Assembly (NCBI GenBank): GCA_963709305.1
Contig: CAVPWO010000003.1
Location: forward strand, 49,760-113,759
Source: an uncultured Acidobacteriaceae bacterium
GTDB taxonomy: Bacteria > Acidobacteriota > Terriglobia > Terriglobales > Acidobacteriaceae
Length of the DNA: 64,000 nucleotides
Direction of reading: 5' to 3'
Shown here: positions 8,580 to 17,640 of the stretch, one piece after another
How the letters are laid out: every line of letters begins with the position of its first letter
Numbering within the stretch: position 1 is the first letter of the stretch
Notes under the pieces: model-generated
The model's database searches: none
Told to the model about the DNA's origin: nothing
What the model saw: the letters and a program-made list of their open reading frames with translations, nothing else
Program-made: the position numbers and the translations under genes

Positions 8580-9125
8580 ATGAAGAAGCTTGCATTCCTG
8601 TTCGTGCTGGCGCTGGAACTCGCGGTTTGCGGCTGCGGCAGTAACACCATCGCACCGACGACCACGAGTACTCAAGCTCAGGGCAATTGGGAGGCTGAGC
8701 TTACTGGAGGCACCGACCAGGCCAGTCTGCTCAATTTCATCACCGAATTTAATGTGACCAACGGTGGCCCCCTCGACATTAAGGCCTTCCAGTTTTTCAA
8801 TACAGGGAAGTGTTTTGCCATCGGCTCCATCGACGCGCCAGGTTCCAGTGAGAGCGGTACCGCCACTCTGATCACCGGTTCTGCAAATCAAGTGACTGGA
8901 ACATTGACTTATAAAGTGACCTCGATATCGCCAGCCGGCAACACGCTTATGATGTCCGGAAACCTGACCGGCACTTCGAATGGAACTCCTACCACCACAG
9001 GCACGCTGAGCAACGGAGTTGTAGTCGGCACCTGGACCTTGACCGGGGCGGCCGGCGATCCCAGTTGCGCGGGCTCGGGCAATTTCATCATGTGTCAGGG
9101 GACCGGCACTTGCAGCACACCTTAG
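8580..9125 (+). CDS. putative lipoprotein, function unknown
   Basis: MKKLAFLFVLALELAVCGCGS is a lipobox-like signal. The remainder is T/G/S-rich and beta-rich. Confidence 0.6.
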   Translation: MKKLAFLFVLALELAVCGCGSNTIAPTTTSTQAQGNWEAELTGGTDQASLLNFITEFNVTNGGPLDIKAFQFFNTGKCFAIGSIDAPGSSESGTATLITGSANQVTGTLTYKVTSISPAGNTLMMSGNLTGTSNGTPTTTGTLSNGVVVGTWTLTGAAGDPSCAGSGNFIMCQGTGTCSTP

Positions 9126-9251
9126 AAGAGGCCCGGCTGTGACCCTCGAGCCGCCGCATCTCCGGCTATATGTGCTCTCTCTTTCAAGTTCTCCCACTCT
9201 TCCTTCCTCGTGCCTCGCTGCTATACAGTGGGAGCACGGATACTAAGTACC

Positions 9252-10274
9252 ATGAAGCGCTCTCTGCAACAGATTGCCGAGGCGGTTGGAGCCCGCCTGA
9301 TGGGCGAGGGCCGCGTCGAAGTGAGCGCGGTGGCCAGCATTGCGTCGGCGTCGCCGGACGATCTGGTTTTCGTCGAGGATGAGAAACATCTGGCCGACGC
9401 GCTGCAATCGCAGGCGGGAGCAGTGATTGCGGGAGAGTTCGCAGAGGCGGTAACGTCATCACTGTCGGCCAGTCGCCCTCTTCTCCTCAGCGATCAGCCC
9501 AAATTGGCTTTTGCCCGCGCCGCACGCTTTCTGCGGGAGGGATCGCAGCCCGATCGTCGTCGCGCGCAGCAGGGAAGTGCGCACGCTACCGCGGTGATCC
9601 ATTCTTCGGTTGTGCTGGGCCCTGGAGTCGTAGTCGAAGAACGCGCCGTGGTCGGCGAACTAGCGCAGATCGGAAAGTACACCCGGGTTGGCGCCGGTTG
9701 CGCCGTTGGTGCCGGGGTGACCATCGGGCACGACTGTGAGATTTATCCGAACGTCACGATCTATCCGGGCACCACCCTGGGCGACCGCGTAATCGTGCAC
9801 GCCGGAGCAGTGCTGGGCAGCGACGGCTTCGGATACGTGCGCGACCGCAAAACCGGGCACTACGAAAAATTCCCCCAGGTAGGACGCCTGGTCATCGAAG
9901 ATGACGTTGAAATCGGCGCCAATGCCACCATCGATCGTGGCGCGCTCGATGAAACCCGCATCCGCCGCGGCACGAAGATCGACAACCTGGTCCACATCGG
10001 GCACAACTGCCAGATCGGCGAAGATGTAATCATCGCGGCCCAGACTGGATTGTCGGGAAGCATCGTGATCGAAAACGGAGTCGTGCTGGGCGGCCAGGTC
10101 GGCATCGGCGAGCACGCGCGTATAGAAGAAGGAGTCATGCTGGGCGGCCAGGGCGGCGTTCTGCCCAACAAAGTTCTGCGCGGCAAAGGCGTGGCATTCT
10201 GGGGAACTCCGGCGCAGCCGGTGCGGGAATATCTGAAGCAACTGGCGACGCTGGCTCGGTTGACAAAAAAGTAG
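9252..10274 (+). CDS. lpxD: UDP-3-O-acylglucosamine N-acyltransferase
   Basis: Has the N-terminal LpxD domain ([13 protein letters not shown]...DLVFVED) followed by left-handed beta-helix hexapeptide repeats and a C-terminal helix. Confidence 0.9.
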   Translation: MKRSLQQIAEAVGARLMGEGRVEVSAVASIASASPDDLVFVEDEKHLADALQSQAGAVIAGEFAEAVTSSLSASRPLLLSDQPKLAFARAARFLREGSQPDRRRAQQGSAHATAVIHSSVVLGPGVVVEERAVVGELAQIGKYTRVGAGCAVGAGVTIGHDCEIYPNVTIYPGTTLGDRVIVHAGAVLGSDGFGYVRDRKTGHYEKFPQVGRLVIEDDVEIGANATIDRGALDETRIRRGTKIDNLVHIGHNCQIGEDVIIAAQTGLSGSIVIENGVVLGGQVGIGEHARIEEGVMLGGQGGVLPNKVLRGKGVAFWGTPAQPVREYLKQLATLARLTKK

Positions 10275-10280
10275 AAGGGC

Positions 10281-10378
10281 CGGCTTCCGGCGTTCGGCTT
10301 CCGGACCGGGGTTGTTTCATGGCGGCAGTGGAAGTCGAAAGCGGTTTCCGAAAGCCGGATGCCGGATAGCGGAAGCCG
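10281..10378. repeat. inverted heptanucleotide word arrays filling the lpxD downstream spacer
   Basis: cggcttc cggcgtt cggcttc cggaccg (10281-10308) faces gaaagcg gtttccg aaagccg gatgccg gatagcg gaagccg (10337-10378). Confidence 0.8.
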
Positions 10379-10384
10379 TCATCT

Positions 10385-11008
10385 ATGGCAATCATCGTCG
10401 TTGGCGGACATTCCCGCAGCGTGGGCAAGACCAGCGTGGTCGCTGGCCTCATCTCGGCGTTGCGTGAATTCGACTGGACTGCGGTTAAGATTACCCAGTA
10501 CGGCCATGGCATTTGTTCGGCGAATGGCGAGCCCTGTGACTGCGCTACCGGCGACCACTCCTGGGCAATCCTGGAAGAGCGCGACCGTTCGGGCGAATCG
10601 GATACGTCCCGCTTTCTGGTGGCGGGAGCTGCGCGGGCCCTGTGGGTGCGAACGGAGCAAGGGCGCCTCGCAGAAGCGATGCCAGCCCTGCGCCAACGCC
10701 TGGGAGATGCAGGCAACGTGATCATGGAGTCGAACAGCGTGCTGAAATTTATGCGCCCTGATCTATATCTCACGGTGCTCGATCCCTCGACGCCGGATTT
10801 CAAGAACTCGGCGCGGGGGTTCCTGGACCGCGCCAGTGCGGTAATCCTGCACGAAGTCCCGAGTGCGTCGGCGTGGCAATCCGTCTCGTTGAAACCGGTC
10901 ACGGGCCGGCCTATCTTTCACATCACGCCACCGAACTATGTAACACCAGAGATCGCCCACTTTGTCCGTTCAGCACTGACTCAAGAAGCATCGCAAGCTA
11001 GAAGCTAA
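10385..11008 (+). CDS. MobB-like P-loop NTPase, function unknown
   Basis: 207-aa ORF with a Walker A motif (GGHSRSVGKTS) at the N-terminus. The layout resembles MobB. It has an unusual HGICSANGEPCDCATGDH Cys/His cluster. Confidence 0.5.
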   Translation: MAIIVVGGHSRSVGKTSVVAGLISALREFDWTAVKITQYGHGICSANGEPCDCATGDHSWAILEERDRSGESDTSRFLVAGAARALWVRTEQGRLAEAMPALRQRLGDAGNVIMESNSVLKFMRPDLYLTVLDPSTPDFKNSARGFLDRASAVILHEVPSASAWQSVSLKPVTGRPIFHITPPNYVTPEIAHFVRSALTQEASQARS

Positions 11009-11029
11009 AAGCTAAAAGGTAAAAGCTGC
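10995..11029. repeat. heptanucleotide word array (aagctag aagctaa aagctaa aaggtaa aagctgc)
   Basis: Five tandem 7-mers. They encode the last residues and the stop (11006-11008) of the preceding ORF. Confidence 0.85.
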
Positions 11030-11033
11030 TCTT

Positions 11034-12652
11034 TTGCTATCCTTTCCCGTGCGGCAAATTCATTTCAGCGCCTGGCTGTTGGTCGTGGTCTCAGCCATTC
11101 TTCAGATCATCATCTTTCCGCTCCCCGGCATTTATGTTCTGTCGTGGTTCGCGCTCACGCCGTTGATCCTCGCTCTGCTGCGCGCGCGCCCCGCGGGCGA
11201 ACTCGAGATTGCCGGCTCCGTACGCCTTCGTCCCGCCACGCCCGGCCAGGGATTTCTGCTGGGCTACGTCTGCGGAATTCTGTGGTACGCAGGCACCTGC
11301 TACTGGATCTACGACACCATGCGCCAGTACGGCGGGCTTAGCGCCCCCGAAGCCCTGCTCGCGCTATTTCTGTTCTGCTGCTATCTCGGCCTCTACCACG
11401 GTCTTTTCGGATTGCTGGTGAGCCTGCTGGCGGGCTCGGGCCGCGATTTTCGATGGCCGCTGGTTAGTGGCTCCGTTTCTATGGGTCGCTGTGGAGTTGG
11501 CGCGCACGCAGATTACCGGATTTCCCTGGAATCTGCTCGGCATCGCGCAAGTTGACAACATCGCCCTCTGCCGCATCGCGGAATGGACCGGTGTGTACGG
11601 CATCTCGCTGGAGATTGCGCTGGTGAATGTCGCGCTTGGCGGCGGCGTTTCTGGTTCCGCGGGAGAAGCGCGGCGCGATGCTGGCGGCGGCATTGGCCGC
11701 AGCCGCGGTTCTGCAGGCCGGCAGGCTGATGGACGCTCCTCCAGCCAAGGCCGATCATGCGGCACTGCTGGTGCAGCAAAATATTCCGGTGTCGGCAGAA
11801 TGGACGCCGGCTTCTTTACAGCGAACGTTGAACGAGTTGACGGTACTCACGGTCAAGTCCGTGGCCGCCAGCCCGATGAAGATCGACTTGGTCGTCTGGC
11901 CGGAGTCGCCCGCGCCTTTCTTCAGCAACGATCCGCGATTTCGCCAGGCCGTCAGCGCGATGGCTCGCGACACAAAAACCTGGACCATCGCCGGCGCCAT
12001 CGGTACTTCATCGGCCCCGAGTCTGTCTGGCCAGACGGCTGCAGTGTTCAATTCCGCTGCATTAATCAGCCCCAGCGGCGAATGGAGCGCGCGTTACGAC
12101 AAGATCCATCTTGTACCCTTCGGCGAATATCTGCCGTTTCCCACTTTGTTTGCCTTCGCCGGCGGCCTCACAAAAGAAGTCGGCGAATTTCAGCACGGCA
12201 CAACGCGTAGCCCTCTAGATGGCGGAGAGCAACGCCTCGGCGTATTCATCTGTTACGAATCCATATTTCCGGACGAAGTCCGGCAGTTCGCCAACCAGGG
12301 CGCACAGGTGTTCGTGAATATTTCCAATGACGGATGGTACGGTGATAGCGGTGCCTACGCGCAGCACCTGAATCAGACACGCATGCGCACCGTCGAAAGC
12401 AATCGCTGGCTTCTGAGCGCGACCGATACCGGCGTCACGGCTTCTATCGACCCCTGGGGCCGCGTGGTGGCCCGCATTCCGCGCAAGCAGCGCGCAACCC
12501 TGGTCGCGCCCTACGCCCTTACTTCCGTCACTACTTTCTATACGCGCCACGGCGACTGGTTCGCCTATGCCTGTGCGATAATTTCGATAGGAGCGTTGCT
12601 CGCGCGCTTCACATTCTCGAAAAACCTCAAAAAGGCTGACGCGCCCTCATGA
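11034..12652 (+). pseudogene. lnt: apolipoprotein N-acyltransferase, reading frame broken twice (+1, +1)
   Basis: The N-terminal TM region is in frame 0 (11034-~11450). The conserved PFLWVAVELARTQITGFPWNLLG segment is in frame 1 (11422-~11640). The CN-hydrolase domain is in frame 2 (11627-12652). Confidence 0.8.
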
Positions 12653-13750
12653 ATCAGGAGCTGGTACTGGAGTACGAAAAACTGAATAAAAAGGTCCACG
12701 AACTTCGGGAGTATCTTTGACGCGGAGAAAGTACGTCCGCAGCTAGCCGAAATTGAAAAGCAGTCCGCCGACCCGAATCTGTGGTCGAATCCGCAGCGCT
12801 CCCAACAGGTGATGCGCGAAAAGAAGCGGTTGGAGCACGTGCTCTCAACCGACGCCGATCTGGCCCGCCGCGGCGACGACATCAAGGCCTACTTCGATCT
12901 CTCGCAGGAAGGTGAAAGTGTCGACGCAGACCTGCAGCGCGAAATCGGATCGCTGCGTGAGTTGCTCGACCGCCTCGAAACCGAAACCCTGCTCTCCGGC
13001 GAGAACGACGCCCGCAATGCCATCGTCACCATTCATCCCGGCGCGGGCGGCACCGAATCGCAGGATTGGGCTGACATGCTGCTGCGCATGTATTTACGCT
13101 GGGCCGAGCGCCAAAGGTTCGAGACCGTGCTCTATGACTATCAGCCGGGCGAAGAGGCGGGACTGAAGTCGGCAACCTTTGCCGTCAATGGCGAATACGC
13201 CTTCGGACTTCTACAGAGCGAAATTGGAGTGCACCGGCTGGTGCGCATCTCGCCCTTCGATCAGGCCAAGCGGCGGCATACTTCATTCGCCAGCGTGTAC
13301 GTTTCGCCGGAAATTGACGACAGCATCGAAATCGTCATCAAGCCGGAGGACATCCGCACCGACACTTACCGCTCCAGCGGCAAGGGCGGACAGCACGTGA
13401 ACACGACAGATTCCGCGGTGCGCATCACGCACATCGCCACCGGCCTGGTCGCCAGTTGCCAGAACGAGCGCTCGCAGCACAAGAACCGCGAGCGCGCCAT
13501 GAGCATGCTGCGCTCGAAACTTTACGAATTCGAAATGGAGAAGAAGCGCGCCGCCACCAAAAAGATTGAAGACTCCAAGCTCGACATCGAATTCGGGTCG
13601 CAGATTCGTTCTTATGTCCTGCAGCCCTACCGCATGATTAAGGATCATCGCACCAAGACCGAAGTCGGCGACGTCGATCGCGTGCTCGACGGTGACCTGC
13701 AGCCTTTCATTCGCGCTTATTTGCTGGCGCGGCGTGGAGAGAAGCAGTAA
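12649..13750 (+). CDS. prfB: peptide chain release factor 2, join(12649..12717,12719..13750) via programmed +1 frameshift
   Basis: The short ORF MNQELVLEYEKLNKKVHELREYL ends at CTT TGA C. The +1 frame continues DAEKVRPQLAEIEKQSADPNLW... through the SPF and GGQ motifs (SSGKGGQHVNTTDSAVR). Confidence 0.95.
12707..12721 (+). promoter_or_regulatory. prfB autoregulatory frameshift site
   Basis: GGGAG TAT CTT TGA C: an internal Shine-Dalgarno-like element 3 nt before the slippery CTT and the in-frame UGA-C. Confidence 0.9.
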
Positions 13751-14409
13751 TGAAGATGCGGGCGCCCGGGAAAAGAAGCCGAACAGCGAAGGCGATCAAG
13801 CTCGGGCCGCGCTTCCATCGCGCTTTTCTATTCGCGGCTCAAAAGCATTCCGGGCAGACTCGCAAGGCATCGACCATTCCTTATATCGCGCACCTCATGG
13901 GAGTCGCATCGCTGGTGCTTGAGGCCGGCGGCGATGAAGATTTGGCCATTGCCGCGCTGCTTCACGATGTGGTGGAAGATTGCGGCGGAGTCCCCATGCT
14001 GAAAGAAGTTCGCCGCCGTTTCGGCGAGCGCGTCGCCAAACTGGTGGAAGGATGCACCGATGCAGATGCCGATCCTAAGCCTCCCTGGCGTGAGCGAAAA
14101 GACATATACCTTCGGCACCTCAAAACCGCGGATGGAGATACGCGACTGGTCTCGGCTGCCGATAAACTGAACAACGTGCGCTCCATTGTCAGCGACTACC
14201 GCGCCATTGGAGAATCAGTGTGGTCACGGTTCAACGGTGGACGCGAAGGCACTCTTTGGTACTATCGGACTTTGCGGGATATCTTTCTCCGGCACCAGCA
14301 AAATCGCATCACCCGGGATTTCGCATTAGCGGTCAGTGAACTCGAATCTCTGGCCGAGGGGAAGTTGGTTCCAGTTAGCGCAAGTGCGGAACCGGTCGTC
14401 GGAACATAA
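13750..14409 (+). CDS. HD-domain protein (RelA/SpoT-type (p)ppGpp hydrolase-like, small alarmone hydrolase candidate)
   Basis: 219-aa ORF with HSGQTRKASTIPYIAHLMGVA...LLHDVVEDC motifs. Its ATG overlaps the prfB stop (TAATG). Confidence 0.75.
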   Translation: MKMRAPGKRSRTAKAIKLGPRFHRAFLFAAQKHSGQTRKASTIPYIAHLMGVASLVLEAGGDEDLAIAALLHDVVEDCGGVPMLKEVRRRFGERVAKLVEGCTDADADPKPPWRERKDIYLRHLKTADGDTRLVSAADKLNNVRSIVSDYRAIGESVWSRFNGGREGTLWYYRTLRDIFLRHQQNRITRDFALAVSELESLAEGKLVPVSASAEPVVGT

Positions 14410-14413
14410 GGCT

Positions 14414-15211
14414 ATGGCGCGAACCATCGAGCAAATCCGCGCTTCCAAGCTGCCCTCTAACATGATGCAGTTTGCTGCTCGGGGCGCGCTCCAGGTGCCG
14501 GCGGCCGAGAACATCGAGATTCTGGTTCATCTGGCACGCCACAATAAGGTTTACGGCGAACTCGCTCGCATGACTCTTGCCGGGTGGGACGAAAAAGCTT
14601 CCCTGGCGGCCGCGACCGACCCTACGACCCCGCCCGAAGTGCTGGACTATTTCATCTCACCCGACAATTTGCGGCCGAAGTTGCTGCCCGTCCTGCTGGA
14701 AAATCCCTCGGTCCCCGAAGGTCAACTCATCAAGCTTGCGCTCTCCGCAACCCGGGAATCGATCGAAGTGATGCTTGGGAGTCCCCGGGTGCGATCGCTG
14801 CCCGGCGTCCTTGCAGCGATCCGCTCAAGTCCGTATTTGCACAAGGAAGAGGCCGAGGAACTTCGGAAGTTGGCCGCTCCGATGGAGGTTTCCAGCTCCA
14901 GCGAAGAGGAAGGACCATCCGCGTTGGAGGAGTCCGGTTCTGCAAGCGATGCAGCCGTGCCGGACGCCGACTCCCGAGACCTCCGACTGAAGCGGATGAT
15001 GCGGATGACGACGAGCACTGTTTCCGCGTACATCAACGATCACATGCACGACATTGCCGCCGAAGGGGAGAAGCCATTTCATGCGATTGGAGGGATTGTC
15101 GACTTGCTGGGGGAGGATTATTTTCCGGTGAGTCCAGCGGAGCAGCCTGCGACTGAAACACCTGCTGCCCCCGCCGCTGTTGCCGCGCCAAAAGACTGCC
15201 GCGCCGGCTAA
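14414..15211 (+). CDS. repeat protein (leucine-rich-repeat-variant/HEAT-like), N-terminal part
   Basis: Starts MARTIEQIRASKLPSNMMQFAARGAL and carries ENPSVP-type helical repeats, then an acidic S/E-rich linker. It probably continues into 15180-15659. Confidence 0.55.
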   Translation: MARTIEQIRASKLPSNMMQFAARGALQVPAAENIEILVHLARHNKVYGELARMTLAGWDEKASLAAATDPTTPPEVLDYFISPDNLRPKLLPVLLENPSVPEGQLIKLALSATRESIEVMLGSPRVRSLPGVLAAIRSSPYLHKEEAEELRKLAAPMEVSSSSEEEGPSALEESGSASDAAVPDADSRDLRLKRMMRMTTSTVSAYINDHMHDIAAEGEKPFHAIGGIVDLLGEDYFPVSPAEQPATETPAAPAAVAAPKDCRAG

Positions 15212-15659
15212 ACGGCCGCAAACCGAGCCCAAGCGCGAAAACGCACTGCAGAAAATCAATCATCTCGACGTGAAGGGCCGCATCCAACTGGCCTTGAAAG
15301 GCAATAAAGAGGAGCGTTCGCTGCTGATTCGCGACGGCACAAAAGTTGTGGCCTTGGCTGTACTCGATGCCCCCAAACTTTCCGACGGCGAAGTAGAAAA
15401 ATTCGCCAGCCAGAAGAATGTGCTGGAGGCGGTATTGCGCCAGATTCCGCTGAAGCGCCGCTTCATGAAAAACTACAAGGTGGTGCGCAACCTGGTGGCA
15501 AATCCGCGGACCCCCCTCGATCTCGGCCTCGGCCTGATGAAGAATCTGTTGGTCGCGGATTTGAAAAACCTTTCCGCGAATAAAGAAGTTTCGGAAACCA
15601 TTCGTAAACTCGCGATGAAAATGTATAAGCAGAAGCTGGACGCAGCCGCCAAAAAATAG
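15180..15659 (+). CDS. repeat protein (LRV/HEAT-like), C-terminal part
   Basis: Only a TTG start is available. It has the LVANPRTPLDLGLGLMKNL repeat signature and overlaps the previous ORF by 32 nt in the +1 frame. Confidence 0.55.
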   Translation: MPRQKTAAPAKRPQTEPKRENALQKINHLDVKGRIQLALKGNKEERSLLIRDGTKVVALAVLDAPKLSDGEVEKFASQKNVLEAVLRQIPLKRRFMKNYKVVRNLVANPRTPLDLGLGLMKNLLVADLKNLSANKEVSETIRKLAMKMYKQKLDAAAKK

Positions 15660-15671
15660 CCCGGAGGGCCA

Positions 15672-16085
15672 GTGGCTTCCTCGCCGCAATCCGATCCCAT
15701 CGCGGAGTTGTTGAAGCGCTCCAAAACCATTGCCGTAGTCGGACTCTCCTGCAATCCCTTGCGTCCCAGCCACGGCGTTTCGGCCTACATGCAGACCCAC
15801 GGATATCGCATCATCCCCGTAAATCCGCAGATCGATCAGTGCCTGGGCGAGAAGGCATACGCGTCGCTGCTCGACGTGCCCGTTAAGATCGACATCGTAG
15901 ACATCTTCCGCCGGCCCGAGTTTGTGGAAGAATTAGTCGACCAGTCGATCCAACTCAAGGTCCCGGCAATCTGGATGCAAGAAGAGGTGATTCATCCGAA
16001 GGCGGCGGAAAAGGCCCGCCAGGCTGGGATTTTCGTGGTGATGGACCGCTGCATCCTGAAGGAACATCGCGCGCGAATGCGCTGA
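15672..16085 (+). CDS. CoA-binding domain protein (YccU-like)
   Basis: 137-aa ORF with IAVVGLSCNPLRPSHGVSAYMQTHGYRIIPVNP, typical of the CoA_binding_2 family. Confidence 0.8.
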   Translation: MASSPQSDPIAELLKRSKTIAVVGLSCNPLRPSHGVSAYMQTHGYRIIPVNPQIDQCLGEKAYASLLDVPVKIDIVDIFRRPEFVEELVDQSIQLKVPAIWMQEEVIHPKAAEKARQAGIFVVMDRCILKEHRARMR

Positions 16086-16223
16086 GCCGGAAGCCATCTC
16101 GCAACCGACTTGCGGAATAACAATGGCTTGTGAGCGGCCTGTTTTGGGAAGAGCATGCCCTTAAAGGCTGCGGAAAAACTTAAAACATGTGCCTTTATCG
16201 TGGAAGAGCGGCGTCGTGGAAGA

Positions 16224-16241
16224 GCGGCCCTTTAGGGCCGC
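16224..16241. terminator. strong hairpin between convergent genes
   Basis: gcggccc-ttta-gggccgc forms a perfect 7-bp GC stem. It sits in the spacer between the CoA-binding gene (+) and the PP2C gene (-). Confidence 0.5.
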
Positions 16242-16284
16242 GTAAGGCGAGCATAACAGGAGCGGGCTTCAGCCCCTGCGGGCT

Positions 16285-17559
16285 TCAGCGTCCGACACCG
16301 ACAAACACCACGCTGGCATCGTCGCGCAAGGCAGCGCCGTTGGTGAAAGATCGCACGTCATCCTCGATGCTCACCGCTGACGCCCCCGGCTTTGCCGCAT
16401 GGGAAGCGAGACTGCACAGACCGTACTCTTCTCCGTTTGCGTTCTCTGCTTCCGTAATCCCGTCGCTATAGAAGATCAGCTTCGACCCTTCAGGCAACGC
16501 AATCCGGCTCTCGGAATAATCTCCGCAGCCCAGTCCCAGTGGCAATCCGCGCTCTGTATCCAGAAAGTGCTCGCCCTGGTTGTCGATGAACAGCGGACGC
16601 AAGTGTCCTGCATTGGCAAACACCACGGAGCGCTTTGACGGGTCGAGCACCGCATAGACCATGGTCACGAATTTTCCCGCGGGAAAATCGTCCACTAGCA
16701 ACTGGTTCAATCGGGTCAGCACTTCGCCGGGCGTGCAGCAGGCCTCCGCCAGCGAGCGCAACATACCACGCGTTGCCGACATGAGCAGAGCCGCGGCGGT
16801 TCCTTTGCCCGAGACGTCGGCCAGCACAATTCCCCAGCGTCCGTCAGGGAACGGAATGAAGTCGTACCAGTCGCCGCCCACGGCACGCGCCGGCACGCTG
16901 AGACCGGAAACCACGAACCCGGGAATGTAGGGAGAGCTCTTGGGCAGCAGCGCCTGCTGAATGGCGCGCGCCTCCTGGGCTTCAAGGTCCATGACCGCGC
17001 GTTCGTCGCGCTCGGACTGGAAGCGCCGCGCGTTGTGCACAGCAATGGCAACGTGGTCGCATAACGCCTGCAGAATTCTCAACTGCTGCCGGGGAAATCC
17101 GTCTACTTCGGGATGCGATGCCGTGAACACGCCCACCAGCCGGTCGCCGACGCGCAGCGGAATTGCTACTTCCGACAGCGTAGACGCCTCGCAGGCATAG
17201 TAATATTGATCCTGCCGGACGTCCGGCGCATAGCGCGTTTGGCCGGTGGCGGCCACATAACCGACCATTCCTTCCTGCCCAATCTTCAGGCGATGTCCTT
17301 TGCCGTGCAGACTGCATCCTCGAACTCCCGCGAGCACCATCTCGCTGTGTTTCTCGTCGTGTAAATAAATACTGGTCTCGAGGCAGCCGAAGGATTCCGT
17401 CACTTCGCTCACTACGCTTGCGATGAGCAGGTCAAGATCGAGAATCGAGGTGATTTTCTGCGCCGCTTTTTGCACCCGCTGCAAATCTTCTACAAGGTCG
17501 GCGGGCAGAGCGCGGGCGGGAACAATCTCACTGAAGGGGACATTGGGAGTCGTAGCCAT
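16285..17559 (-). CDS. GAF-domain PP2C/SpoIIE-type serine phosphatase (RsbU-like)
   Basis: N-terminal GAF domain and C-terminal PP2C motifs (GGDWYDF, VLADVSGKG, DGITEA). The start is chosen at MATTPNV (17557-17559), which has an AAGGAA RBS. Confidence 0.85.
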   Translation of the reverse strand: MATTPNVPFSEIVPARALPADLVEDLQRVQKAAQKITSILDLDLLIASVVSEVTESFGCLETSIYLHDEKHSEMVLAGVRGCSLHGKGHRLKIGQEGMVGYVAATGQTRYAPDVRQDQYYYACEASTLSEVAIPLRVGDRLVGVFTASHPEVDGFPRQQLRILQALCDHVAIAVHNARRFQSERDERAVMDLEAQEARAIQQALLPKSSPYIPGFVVSGLSVPARAVGGDWYDFIPFPDGRWGIVLADVSGKGTAAALLMSATRGMLRSLAEACCTPGEVLTRLNQLLVDDFPAGKFVTMVYAVLDPSKRSVVFANAGHLRPLFIDNQGEHFLDTERGLPLGLGCGDYSESRIALPEGSKLIFYSDGITEAENANGEEYGLCSLASHAAKPGASAVSIEDDVRSFTNGAALRDDASVVFVGVGR

Positions 17560-17640
17560 GACACCGTTCCTTGCGACAAAGCGACGGAATACCGCGGAGC
17601 AAACAACCACTGATGTCAAATAGGATGTCTCGCGGGCGGG

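Noticed and set aside
16187-16471. 94-aa ORF in the spacer after the CoA-binding gene. A similar 71-aa ORF lies at 33301-33516.
   Set aside because: Both are composed of intergenic repeat DNA and antisense sequence of neighbouring genes. Neither has an RBS or coding-like composition.
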